Positions 20,201 to 28,639 of a stretch of DNA of 64,000 bases are shown here, one piece after another. Position 1 is the first letter of the stretch. Each line of letters starts with the position of its first letter. The notes beneath the pieces are model-generated. The model was given only the letters and a program-made list of their open reading frames with translations, was not told the DNA's origin and did no database searches. Source of the DNA: Candidatus Woesearchaeota archaeon. Its GTDB lineage: Archaea; Nanobdellota; Nanobdellia; Pacearchaeales; GW2011-AR1. Where the stretch lies: the NCBI GenBank assembly GCA_964418095.1, contig CAYQKM010000001.1, positions 4,173 to 68,172 on the forward strand, written 5' to 3'. Made by a program: the position numbers and the translations under genes.

Positions 20201-20552
20201 TTCTTACCATAATAGGGACTCTTCCTATTTCAACAATTTCAGAATCTATTTGATTATCTTTTTTCACAGTTAATTCAAGGTTTATAGGAGCAGAATAGGT
20301 AAGTTTTCTTAATCTTGCATCAGAAGGAGTTATTAAAGAATGGCTTCCATCAGCCTCGGTAACTATCGGTTTTCCAACATCGATTTTCCCAAGAGTTATT
20401 TCAAATTCTTCATTTACAATAGTTTCTGAAATCTCATCTACTATTTCCTGAAGCTTCTTTTCTATAAAATTATTAAATGAGATTATATTTGATTCAACTA
20501 GAGAGTGTTCCTTTAGATAATTTTTAACTATTATGTGTCCTTTTTTTTCCAT
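17298..20552 (-). CDS. rpoB: RNA polymerase subunit B (Rpo2), unsplit
   Basis: DPGGYFI, CPIETPEG, GYNMED, GDKFATAHGQKG, RLGEME, C-terminal Zn ribbon. Confidence 0.97.
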   Translation of the reverse strand: MEKKGHIIVKNYLKEHSLVESNIISFNNFIEKKLQEIVDEISETIVNEEFEITLGKIDVGKPIVTEADGSHSLITPSDARLRKLTYSAPINLELTVKKDNQIDSEIVEIGRVPIMVRSKKCNTSGMSKEELITNYNDPLDPGGYFIIKGNERVMIMAEDLAENQPFIENNKKGDLTLKLFSLKGTYKIPVTITENKESIINVSFSRFKDIPAVILLKALGLTKESDIAKYIGKETDSVIVNLYEYSSIVEKEDAMMFIAEKTNLQGTKKEILDRVKQRIDSYLFPHIGQKKEDRMKKAITLCKFIKQFLIAKENPKLRTDKDHYANKRVRLSGDLLATLFRVNLGILVRDLQYSLQKSAKRKKYFSIKVLAKSTLFSHRVESAIATGSWTGERSGITQNIDKTNYLATISQLQRVSSMLPGDQENFLARTLHPTHYGRFCPIETPEGTEIGLRKNLAILAKVSTRVDFDKLKFAKDLEALGLNPEGVGNYDVFFNGMFIGVIDDGNKFVQQMREKRRENQLPLEMSFREDEGIKTIYISTESGRVLRPLIIVENGVSKLKAEHLIQIEQGELGWKGLLQKGIIEYIDAAEEENALVSLSEGELTSEHTHLEIDPVSLFGTVTSLVPYGNHNQSSRLNRGSKTQKQALGLYSANYLCRLDTDVSILQYPQRPIVRSFVYNTLDTYPAGQNLVVAIMTYEGYNMEDALILNKGSLDRGLGRSFYFRPYSAIEMNYAGGLKDEIAMPEKDSSGYKMESSYNHLEDDGIISPEAEVNEGEVMIGKMSPPKFLSEAREISIRTKKESSVSMRQEEKGIVESVFITEDCEGNKIVQVKTRDQRIPELGDKFATAHGQKGVVGMILPEEDVPFTSRGIKPDVIFNPHGLPSRMTVGYLLELLAGKVGSLRGEIVDGTSFSGMSKKELEEQLESMGFRFDGKETMYDGVTGKRIISKIFVGDLYYLKLKYMVGNKIHGRASGKVALLTRQPIEGRARGGALRLGEMEQQALVAHGASLLLKERYDSDKVVLPICTKCGTIAIDDSIRGKTYCPMCGSEEVEPVEVSYAFKLLLGELEGLHINTTFDLKNKYE

Positions 20553-20561
20553 TTATTTACC

Positions 20562-20789
20562 TTATACTACAACTCTATAGTACAAATTTACTTTTCCTTC
20601 CTCAGCTCTTTCTATTTTTATTACATCACCAACAGCACAATTCAAATTTGCGAGCGCAGCATCGCTGTTAAGGATTTTAGGTAATTGAGATTTAGATATG
20701 TTATATTTCTTTAATAATTCTTGAGTTTCCTTTTCATTGAGTTTTATGTGTTTTGGTTGTAGAATGTGCATCTTGGCTCGGCATGTCAT
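20562..20789 (-). CDS. rpoH: RNA polymerase subunit H (Rpo5)
   Basis: HILQPKH, QLPKI, GDVIKIER, YYRVV. Confidence 0.95.
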   Translation of the reverse strand: MTCRAKMHILQPKHIKLNEKETQELLKKYNISKSQLPKILNSDAALANLNCAVGDVIKIERAEEGKVNLYYRVVV

Positions 20790-20854
20790 TTAATCCTCAG
20801 CACAAGGGCCACAGGATAAATATTTAACAACTTTGTGATAATAAAAGATACTGA

Positions 20855-20879
20855 AAATTGGTTTTTAAATCTTTCGGAT
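20855..20879 (-). promoter_or_regulatory. BRE-TATA promoter of rpoH-rpoB-rpoA
   Basis: ATCCGAAAGATTTAAAAACCAATTT on minus strand. Confidence 0.6.
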
Positions 20880-20984
20880 TACTCAGCTTTGCACAATAAG
20901 CAATTCCTGCACAAAAAGTGATATAGTTTTTATGCAAAGCTGGATTATTCTATCCCACAGAGTAAATGCTTTTTAAACATTAAA

Positions 20985-21059
20985 TGGCCCCGATGGGATT
21001 TGAACCCACGACACCTGGATTAAAAGTCCAGTGCTCTAACCAGACTGAGCTACGGAGCC
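20985..21059 (-). tRNA. tRNA-Lys (anticodon UUU), no intron, CCA not encoded
   Basis: GGCTCCG/CGGGGCC acceptor, D-arm AGCTCAGTCTGGTTAGAGC, anticodon stem CTGGA/TCCAG with loop CTTTTAA, GTTCAAATC T-loop. Confidence 0.96.
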
Positions 21060-21104
21060 ATATCTTGTAGCTTCATATTTCTCAGGATGGTTTGTTCGTT
21101 AGAA

Positions 21105-21134
21105 CTCTAACCAGACTGAGCTACGGAGCCATAT
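21105..21134 (-). repeat. Second copy of the tRNA-Lys 5' end (30 bp identical to 21034-21063)
   Basis: CTCTAACCAGACTGAGCTACGGAGCCATAT twice; GAGCCATATCT again at 21135-21145. Confidence 0.93.
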
Positions 21135-21299
21135 GAGCCATATCTCAAAAAAAGATACAAATACTTTATAAAATTATCCAATACACCCAAAGCTCTTAAG
21201 TTTTACAATTAACATTTTTTAATAAACAATATTCTTAAGAAACTGGGGAATAAAATATATGGATTAGATCTTCAAAGAAGTTTTTAGAGAATAAATCTC

Positions 21300-21566
21300 C
21301 TAACCCTTTTCAGCTAAACTATCCAATGTCTTAATATGTTTTATTAATTCAGTGGCAATATCACTTCCAATATTACCCATCCATTCTCTGGAACTCTGGA
21401 TTTTAATAACCTCTTCGTGTTGAAATTTTCTGTTAAACACCTTTTCAGCCTCACTATGATTCCAGAATTCCCCTGTAACAATGGATGTGCTCCCGTTAAT
21501 CAGACTTTTATAGGTTATAATATATGTCTGCTTTTCCCCATATTCAGCTTTATAATCAAAAGTCAT
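21300..21566 (-). CDS. Hypothetical protein
   Basis: 88-aa ORF with upstream TTTATAAA. Confidence 0.55.
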   Translation of the reverse strand: MTFDYKAEYGEKQTYIITYKSLINGSTSIVTGEFWNHSEAEKVFNRKFQHEEVIKIQSSREWMGNIGSDIATELIKHIKTLDSLAEKG

Positions 21567-21625
21567 AATCAGATAGACAGATTTTAGTTTATAAAAATTA
21601 TTATAATTAAATTGTAATTTAACAC

Positions 21626-21937
21626 TTACAAGAATTTTTTTAATCTTTCAGAAAAATCTTCTTCACTCATTGCTCCAACAAAGTTTCCAACAGATTTTCC
21701 ATTCTTAAATACTACAAAATTAGGAATTGATGAAACTCCAAACTTTTGCGCAATTTCTTGTCCATCTTCAACATTTACTTTCCCAACTTTAAGTTTTCCT
21801 GAAAATTTTTCAGCAATATCTTGAACAATAGGACCCATCATTACACAAGGCATACACCAATCAGCATAAAAGTCAATTAATACTGTCCCTTCTTTTATGA
21901 AATCATTAAATTTACCGTTTGTTAATTCTATTACCAT
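21626..21937 (-). CDS. trxA: Thioredoxin
   Basis: DFYADWCMPC, cis-Pro loop SIPNF. Confidence 0.93.
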   Translation of the reverse strand: MVIELTNGKFNDFIKEGTVLIDFYADWCMPCVMMGPIVQDIAEKFSGKLKVGKVNVEDGQEIAQKFGVSSIPNFVVFKNGKSVGNFVGAMSEEDFSERLKKFL

Positions 21938-21984
21938 GGCTTTTATAAAAATTAAGTATATTTAAAAGTGTTGGTTATCAGTTT

Positions 21985-23100
21985 TTATACACACATCTTT
22001 CTTCTAATTGCAGGATGAGGATTATATCCGCTAATTACAAAGTCATCAATATCTAACTCATCAAAAGGCTTTTTAGCAATTGTTAATCTAGGAAGGGGTC
22101 TTGGTTCTCTTGATAATTGTTCTAAAATAGCTGTAATATGGTCATACTTTTTTTCATTCTCATCAGCAGGTGCATTTTTGTTAACCCAATCTCTAACTTC
22201 TAAATATCCTGATTTATCACCTATTTTCTTTTCTAAATCTCTAACAGATTTAATTTTATCTTTTACTGTTTCAAAATTTTGTTTATACCACTCTGTCCTT
22301 TTCCCAATTGAGCAATAAAAATGACTATCTCCAAATGTGTGAACAAATGTTTTAGGAGTCATTCCTGTTTCTTGTGCAATAACTTGAGTTAATAAAGCAT
22401 AACTCGCCTTATTAAAAGGAACACCTAAAAATTGATCACAACTTCTCTGATACAATTGCAATTCTAATTCCCCCTCTTCATTTCCAGTCGCCTGATATAA
22501 AACATGACAAGGAGGCAAAGACATATCTGGGACATCTCCTGGATTCCAAGCACTGACAATGTGTTTTTTTCCAGTAGGTTTTTTCTTTAACCCTTCAATC
22601 ATATTCTTTAATTGATCTATCTCAACAATTTTGCCTTTATTTTTATCAAAATATTTCCATCTTCTCCACTGCTCACCATAAATTGGTCCAGCTTGTCCCC
22701 ATCTCTCTGCAAATCCATCTTTATCTTCTCTTATTAATTTTCCATATTCTTCCATTGCTGCATCCCAATCAGGAGAGTATTTTTTTATTCCTTTAGGAAA
22801 AATACCTTCTTCAACCATGCCCGGAAGATTGTACTGAAATGCATCTGGTCTCCAAATAGGACATTTATTATCTTCTACATATTTTATATTTGTATCTCCT
22901 CTTAAAAACCAAATTGTTTCATGAAGCATAGAATTTACTGCCATATCCTTTGTAGTTAATAATGGCCAACCCTCTCTTAAATCATGAACACTCTGATACC
23001 CAAATAAAGAAATAATTCCTGACTCTTTACTCCCACCTTTAAAATTAGAGCGAGGAGAAGTTAAAATATCTAATGAATGCTCTAAATATTGTTTTACCAT
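21985..23100 (-). CDS. thyA: Thymidylate synthase ThyA
   Basis: PLLTTK, GPIYGEQWR, SAWNP..LPPCH, QRSCDQFLGVPFN, GDSHFY. Confidence 0.95.
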   Translation of the reverse strand: MVKQYLEHSLDILTSPRSNFKGGSKESGIISLFGYQSVHDLREGWPLLTTKDMAVNSMLHETIWFLRGDTNIKYVEDNKCPIWRPDAFQYNLPGMVEEGIFPKGIKKYSPDWDAAMEEYGKLIREDKDGFAERWGQAGPIYGEQWRRWKYFDKNKGKIVEIDQLKNMIEGLKKKPTGKKHIVSAWNPGDVPDMSLPPCHVLYQATGNEEGELELQLYQRSCDQFLGVPFNKASYALLTQVIAQETGMTPKTFVHTFGDSHFYCSIGKRTEWYKQNFETVKDKIKSVRDLEKKIGDKSGYLEVRDWVNKNAPADENEKKYDHITAILEQLSREPRPLPRLTIAKKPFDELDIDDFVISGYNPHPAIRRKMCV

Positions 23101-23160
23101 CTTTATTATAAAATAAAATTTATATTACCTTATAAGCATAATTGAATTATAACATATATT

Positions 23161-23598
23161 TCATAGTTTTTTTATTAATGCAAACCCTCCATCTTTTTCA
23201 GACATCTCCTTTAAAAGTTCTGAAATGTCTTTTTTGATCAATTTACAATTAACAGGGTTGATTATCTCTAAATAAGGGTCATTAAAATATTTTAACACAT
23301 ACACATGTTTATTTATTCCAACAAACCCTTCATTTTTATTCATTTCTTCAAGTAAACTATCTGGCTCGTGAAAAGGAGTCTCATTCCAAAAATAATGTTT
23401 ATAATCAAATCCATTTGAAAGAAGAAAATCACTTATACTTGCATCATTAACAAAGTATCCTCCATTTTTTCCAGGAGTTAAATTTTTTGAAATTTCTTCT
23501 TGGGAAAATTCTAGATTATAATTTCTTAAAATAGATTGCAAAACAGAACATACACAAAAATCATATTTTTCTTGAGGAGTTACTCTAAACTCTTTCAT
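23161..23598 (-). CDS. Possible C39/papain-like cysteine peptidase fold protein
   Basis: PQ....CVCSVLQSIL..Y....SQEEI, later HVYVL and IINP; ATGA overlap with dut. Confidence 0.5.
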   Translation of the reverse strand: MKEFRVTPQEKYDFCVCSVLQSILRNYNLEFSQEEISKNLTPGKNGGYFVNDASISDFLLSNGFDYKHYFWNETPFHEPDSLLEEMNKNEGFVGINKHVYVLKYFNDPYLEIINPVNCKLIKKDISELLKEMSEKDGGFALIKKL

Positions 23599-24011
23599 TT
23601 TAATCCAGTGCTTCCCCAACCACCTGCACCTCTATCACTCTCAGATAATTCATCTGCTTCCTCAAACTCAATTTCAGGAAATGGTAAAATAATTATTTGT
23701 CCAACTCTCTCCCCTATCTGATATTCATCTTCTCCAAATTTACTAAACCTAAAAACCAATTCTCCTCTATATCCAGAATCTAATACTCCGACAGAATTTT
23801 TTAATATTAAATCTTTATTTGTTACACTGCTTCTAGGGAAAATAAACATAACATGTCCTTTAGGAACTTCAAAAGTTAATCCTGTTCCATACTCAATAAA
23901 TTTCTCTGTTTCTTTTTTAGAAATAGCATATACATCCATTCCAGCATCCCCTTCATGCGCATATTTTGGAATAACAGCATCAGGATGTATTTTTTTTATT
24001 TTAATTTTCAT
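23595..24011 (-). CDS. dut: dUTP diphosphatase (trimeric)
   Basis: GDAGMD, PRSS, GVLDSGYRGE, RGAGGWGSTG. Confidence 0.95.
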   Translation of the reverse strand: MKIKIKKIHPDAVIPKYAHEGDAGMDVYAISKKETEKFIEYGTGLTFEVPKGHVMFIFPRSSVTNKDLILKNSVGVLDSGYRGELVFRFSKFGEDEYQIGERVGQIIILPFPEIEFEEADELSESDRGAGGWGSTGLK

Positions 24012-24023
24012 TTTTTAATTTAA

Positions 24024-24521
24024 TTACAGTTCTTTATTTAAAATTCTTCCTCTCCTAAATTTTTCTATATTAGGCAATTCTCCATTCCAGTATCTAACTT
24101 TAACTCCAACTTCTTGAAACATCTCTAAACTTCTTTTCATATGCTCAATGTCTTCAGGAGAATTTGTTTTATCCCAATCTCTATCAACAATAACCTCAAG
24201 TATTCCAGATTGAACTATGCCTCTTGCACAATCCATGCACGGAACACCATTTGTATACATCTTACACCCTTTTAGTGATGTTCCAATTAAAGTAGCATTA
24301 TATATTGCATTTCTTTCAGCATGCTCAAACCAATAGTACTTCTCTGGTTTCTCTTGCCTCTCTTTAACATTATCATCTAATCCCCTTACAAAACTATTAT
24401 AACCAGTTGTTTTAATTTCATTATTTGGTCCAACAACAACTGCTCCAACATGAGTTCTCTCATCTTTACTCTTAGAAGCAACTAAGTAAGCCATAGACAT
24501 AAAATAATCATCCCAGTTCAT
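24024..24521 (-). CDS. dCMP deaminase (ComEB-like)
   Basis: WDDYFM, TGYN, HAERNA, PCMDC. Confidence 0.92.
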   Translation of the reverse strand: MNWDDYFMSMAYLVASKSKDERTHVGAVVVGPNNEIKTTGYNSFVRGLDDNVKERQEKPEKYYWFEHAERNAIYNATLIGTSLKGCKMYTNGVPCMDCARGIVQSGILEVIVDRDWDKTNSPEDIEHMKRSLEMFQEVGVKVRYWNGELPNIEKFRRGRILNKEL

Positions 24522-24584
24522 TTTTTTCTATAATTAATTTATTTTATAAACATGAGTATCTTCTAAAATATAATTCAAGAATAT

Positions 24585-27296
24585 TTATCCGCACCCCATC
24601 CCATTATCATGCTCACAATTTTTACATTTAGGAGAGTGGCATCCTGCCTCAAAATAATATTCTAAACTTCCACATCTTTCACATATAAATTTTTTATCTA
24701 ATTTTCCATTAGTTCCAGATATTTCAATTTCATCATCTCCTGAAACTCTGCTTGCTTGAGATAAAATTGATTTATATTCAGGTGTTCCTCTTTCAATTTT
24801 CCTTAAATCTTTTTTATTAACAACTTGAATCAATTCTCCTGTAATCTCATCTCTTTTAAGAATACCATTTCTTAAAAAATAGTCTTCAAAAACTAATCCT
24901 GCAGCATGCTCAATAGATTTTATTCTTCTTGGTCCAATTCCTTCATCTTCACTTGAAAAAGGAGATTCTAATCTTTTAACTAACTCTGCATAATCTGGAT
25001 TATGTCCTCTCAATATTTCTGTTCTATCCATGCCTGATTGAGAAAATGTAACACTCGTAGCAGCACCTATTGGAGCTCTAACCTGAAAATCTTCATCAGG
25101 AATAAAATAAGCTTTTTTAGTTTTATCATCAACATATAAATTACTTGTCAAAATAAAATGCAAGCTGTCTTTATTCTCTATTCTCTTAATTTTATATTTA
25201 GTTGAGTGAGGTTTTATATCTAATAAAGGATGAGGTTTTACACTCTTTTGTACAAGTTCAATATTCTCTAATTTACTTTTTTTAAGAACAGCATCTCTCG
25301 AGCCCTCCCTATAAATTGTAACTCCTTTACACCCTTCTTCCCAGGCAGTCTTATATAGTTTGTCAACTAAATCTGTTCCAACTTTTTCAGGCAAGTTTAT
25401 TGTTACACTAATTGAATGGTCTATCCATTTTTGTATTGCTCCCTGCATCTTCACCTTTTGAACCCAGTCAACATCATTTGCAGATGCTCTATAATAAGGA
25501 GATTTCTTTAATATCTCTTCTAATTCAGCTTCTTTTTCTTTATTGAGCATACTCTCTTCTGCAGTTTTTTTTACTTCATCTACATTATAGTCATTAATCT
25601 TTAGCCAATCTTCAAATTTATGATGAAATACTTTGTACCTTTGCCATTTATCTCCTTGCTCATCTACTTCATCAACTCTGTTATTAGAATCATTTTGATT
25701 AACTTTCTTTTTTCTTTCATAAACAGGTGAAAAAACAGGCTCTATTCCAGAAGTTGTTTGTGCCATCATACTTACTGTGCCTCCTGGAGCTATTGTTAAC
25801 ATTGAAATGTTTCTCCTTCCATGTTTAATCATCTCTTCATAGAGTTGAGGATCTTCTTTTTTTATTCTTTGTATAAAAGGATTATTTTTTTCTTTTTCTG
25901 AATCATATATTGGAAACTTACCTCTTTCTTTTGCTAACTCAACTGAGCTTCTATATGCTTCAACTGCAAATGTTTTATGGACTTCTGTTGCAAATTCTGT
26001 TGCTTCTTTAGTTCCATATGTTAATCCTAGTGCTGCAAGCATATCTCCTTCTCCTGTTATTCCTGTTCCTGTTCTTCTTCCTATTATTGCCTTATCTTTT
26101 ATTTTTTCCCATAATTTTTTTTCAGTGTATTTTGTTTCTTCATCTTCTGGGTCACTATTTATTTTTTTTAATATTTCATCAATTTTTTCAATTTCCATAT
26201 CAATAATATCATCATTCATTCTTTGAGCATATCCTGTGTGTTTCTTGAATAGCTCAAAATCAAATTTAGCTTCTTTAGTAAATGGATTATCAACATAGCT
26301 AAATAAATTTACAGCTAATAATCTACACGAATCATAAGGGCATAGAGGTATTTCACCACACGGATTAGTTGAAACAGTTTTAAATCCTGACTCACCATAA
26401 CAATCTGGAATAGACTCTCTTAAAACAGTATCCCAAAATAATACACCTGGCTCAGCAGATTTCCAAGCATTATTAATTATTTTATCCCAGAGTGATTTAG
26501 CATTAACTGTTTTACTATATTTTGGATTATCTGAATTTATTGGAAATTGTTGTATGTGTTCTCTTTCAGAATAAACTGCTTTCATAAAATCATCAGTTAT
26601 TTTTACAGAGATATTTGCTCCTGTAACTTTCCCTGTTTCAAGTTTAGCATCAATAAATTTTTCTGCATCTGGATGATCCACTGATAAACTCAACATTAAA
26701 GCTCCTCTTCTTCCATCTTGAGCAACCTCTCTTGTTGAATTAGAGTATCTCTCCATAAAGGGAACAATTCCAGTTGAAGTTAAAGCACTATTAAGAACAG
26801 CCATCCCTTTAGGTCTTATATACGATAAATCATGTCCTACTCCACCTCTCCTTTTCATTAATTGAACTTGCTCTTGATCAGTTTTCATTATTGCACCATA
26901 AGAATCTGAAGAACATTCATCATTCCCAATAACAAAGCAATTAGACAGTGAAATAATTTGATTAGTGTTTCCTATACCAGACATAGGACTTCCTTGAGGA
27001 ATAATATATTTGAAGCGATCCATTAGCCCAAATAATTCTTCAGACTTCATAGGATTAGCATATTTCTTTTCAATTCTCTCAAATTCATAAGCTAGCCTCT
27101 TATGCATATCTGTTGGAGTTTTTTCATATAAAACAATATTTGCTAAATCTTTTTCATTTTTTTGATTAGAAGAGTTTTTTAAAGCATATTTATCTAAAAA
27201 TGCATTTGCTGCTAAAGCATCACCCCTGAAATATTCTTTTGATTCTTCAAATGCTTCTTGGTAGTTATAGGTCTTTTTTTCTAAATTTTCTCCCAT
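24585..27296 (-). CDS. nrdJ: Class II (adenosylcobalamin) ribonucleotide reductase
   Basis: SNCF, RRGGVG, QDGRRGA, TNPCGEI, TIAP.GT, GCKGVTIYR.GSR; no R2 subunit nearby. Confidence 0.92.
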   Translation of the reverse strand: MGENLEKKTYNYQEAFEESKEYFRGDALAANAFLDKYALKNSSNQKNEKDLANIVLYEKTPTDMHKRLAYEFERIEKKYANPMKSEELFGLMDRFKYIIPQGSPMSGIGNTNQIISLSNCFVIGNDECSSDSYGAIMKTDQEQVQLMKRRGGVGHDLSYIRPKGMAVLNSALTSTGIVPFMERYSNSTREVAQDGRRGALMLSLSVDHPDAEKFIDAKLETGKVTGANISVKITDDFMKAVYSEREHIQQFPINSDNPKYSKTVNAKSLWDKIINNAWKSAEPGVLFWDTVLRESIPDCYGESGFKTVSTNPCGEIPLCPYDSCRLLAVNLFSYVDNPFTKEAKFDFELFKKHTGYAQRMNDDIIDMEIEKIDEILKKINSDPEDEETKYTEKKLWEKIKDKAIIGRRTGTGITGEGDMLAALGLTYGTKEATEFATEVHKTFAVEAYRSSVELAKERGKFPIYDSEKEKNNPFIQRIKKEDPQLYEEMIKHGRRNISMLTIAPGGTVSMMAQTTSGIEPVFSPVYERKKKVNQNDSNNRVDEVDEQGDKWQRYKVFHHKFEDWLKINDYNVDEVKKTAEESMLNKEKEAELEEILKKSPYYRASANDVDWVQKVKMQGAIQKWIDHSISVTINLPEKVGTDLVDKLYKTAWEEGCKGVTIYREGSRDAVLKKSKLENIELVQKSVKPHPLLDIKPHSTKYKIKRIENKDSLHFILTSNLYVDDKTKKAYFIPDEDFQVRAPIGAATSVTFSQSGMDRTEILRGHNPDYAELVKRLESPFSSEDEGIGPRRIKSIEHAAGLVFEDYFLRNGILKRDEITGELIQVVNKKDLRKIERGTPEYKSILSQASRVSGDDEIEISGTNGKLDKKFICERCGSLEYYFEAGCHSPKCKNCEHDNGMGCG

Positions 27297-27309
27297 CTTT
27301 TTTACCTTC

Positions 27310-27747
27310 TTATAATTCTTTCATCTCCTGTTTAAAATCATTTATATCTTGAAATTGCCTATATACTGATGCAAATCTTACATAAGCTATTTCATCAAGT
27401 TTTTTTAGTTTCTTCATAACTAATTCTCCTATTACTGAACTTTTAATCTCCTTTTTCCCTGCTTTTCTTATTTGCTCATCTATTTGATTTATCATCGTGT
27501 TTACCTTGTCTTGAGGAACAGGGCGCTTCTCAAGTGCCTTGCTTATACCAGCCTCAAGTTTTTTAATATCAAATTTTTCTCTGCGTCCATCTTTTTTTAT
27601 TATGTATAAGTCTGTTCTTTCAATTCTTTCATAAGTTGTAAATCTCTTTTTGCATTTCAAGCACTCTCTTCTTCTCCTTATCACATTAAGAGAGTCTCTT
27701 TTATCAGTCACTTTTGATTCATCATTACCACAATATGGGCAGTTCAT
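27310..27747 (-). CDS. nrdR: Transcriptional repressor NrdR
   Basis: CPYC, RRRRECLKC..RFTTYE Zn ribbon, ATP-cone, AYVRFASVY. Confidence 0.96.
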   Translation of the reverse strand: MNCPYCGNDESKVTDKRDSLNVIRRRRECLKCKKRFTTYERIERTDLYIIKKDGRREKFDIKKLEAGISKALEKRPVPQDKVNTMINQIDEQIRKAGKKEIKSSVIGELVMKKLKKLDEIAYVRFASVYRQFQDINDFKQEMKEL

Positions 27748-27779
27748 TTTACTCCTTTAAAACCCAAGTTAATTTGCCT

Positions 27780-27826
27780 ATACAACATATTGTATGTTTA
27801 AGCCTCTTTATTACCACAGGTTGTAT
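27780..27826. promoter_or_regulatory. Tandem NrdR boxes (27780-27795, 27811-27826)
   Basis: ATACAACATATTGTAT and TTACCACAGGTTGTAT, 31-bp pitch, resembling the acaCwAtATaTwGtg consensus, between TATA (~27855) and nrdR. Confidence 0.8.
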
Positions 27827-27998
27827 TAATAATTTACTCTAAAAAGGACTCCTATTTAAACTTTAGTAATCACTAATCTATTCAACATCCACATACAACT
27901 TTTCCTTTGTAAAATTAAAATAAATTATATTTCAAGCACTAAATTTTCAAACCTAACCTTTTTAAAGTTTAGAAATCTCTTTAAAATTAGGAGGTAAA

Positions 27999-28259
27999 AT
28001 GGACTATTTTCAAGGACTTGCTACTCAATTAGGAATTTCTCTTTGGCTTTTAATTGTAGTTTTTATCTGGTCTTCTGTCTGGAAGTTTTTAGCATTATGG
28101 AAGTCTGCCAGAAAGAACCATGTATGCTGGTTTATTGTGTTTGCTCTGATTAGTGACTTGGGTATTTTAGAGATTTTGTACATTTATTTATTCTCTGAAT
28201 CCTGTTGTAAAAATAAAGCAAAGAATGAAACAAAAAAACCTGTAAAAAAGAGAAAATAA
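27999..28259 (+). CDS. Small membrane protein, DUF5652-like
   Basis: W...WK.LALWKSAR...WF motif, GILEILY; GGAGG RBS. Confidence 0.7.
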   Translation: MDYFQGLATQLGISLWLLIVVFIWSSVWKFLALWKSARKNHVCWFIVFALISDLGILEILYIYLFSESCCKNKAKNETKKPVKKRK

Positions 28260-28263
28260 ATTT

Positions 28264-28506
28264 TTAATTATTTTTTTTAGATTTTATTGTTGTTAATCCA
28301 AGTAAAAACCCTATTATAACAGAAGTTATAATTACATGAGATAATCTTGAAAAGAATACACCTATTTTAGAAACATCCATATTGCCTAACATTAATTTTA
28401 GTGAATTACTATCCCCAGAAACTTTAACATATATTAAAAAATAAATTGTTAAAAATAATACTCCTGAAAAAACTAAACTCCAAATTAACCAATTAAATTT
28501 TCCCAT
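28264..28506 (-). CDS. Small two-TM membrane protein
   Basis: Two hydrophobic segments. Confidence 0.55.
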   Translation of the reverse strand: MGKFNWLIWSLVFSGVLFLTIYFLIYVKVSGDSNSLKLMLGNMDVSKIGVFFSRLSHVIITSVIIGFLLGLTTIKSKKNN

Positions 28507-28639
28507 TTTTATATATCTTTAATGACTTTATTATTTTTAAATCTAATGAGTTTAACTAATCTAAAGATATTTTAAAATTAAGCTTAAAAATTTTAAATCT
28601 ATAAATTATTAAAGCAGAGTATATTCTAATTATAGTAAA

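Noticed and set aside
21105..21134. Split tRNA 5' half
   Set aside because: Fragment stops before the anticodon stem, no GC-rich pairing extension, and an intact copy is adjacent
13795..27296. Inteins in RpoA, RpoB or NrdJ
   Set aside because: Lengths are normal or short, and no C/S...HN-C/S/T splice motifs or LAGLIDADG blocks were noticed
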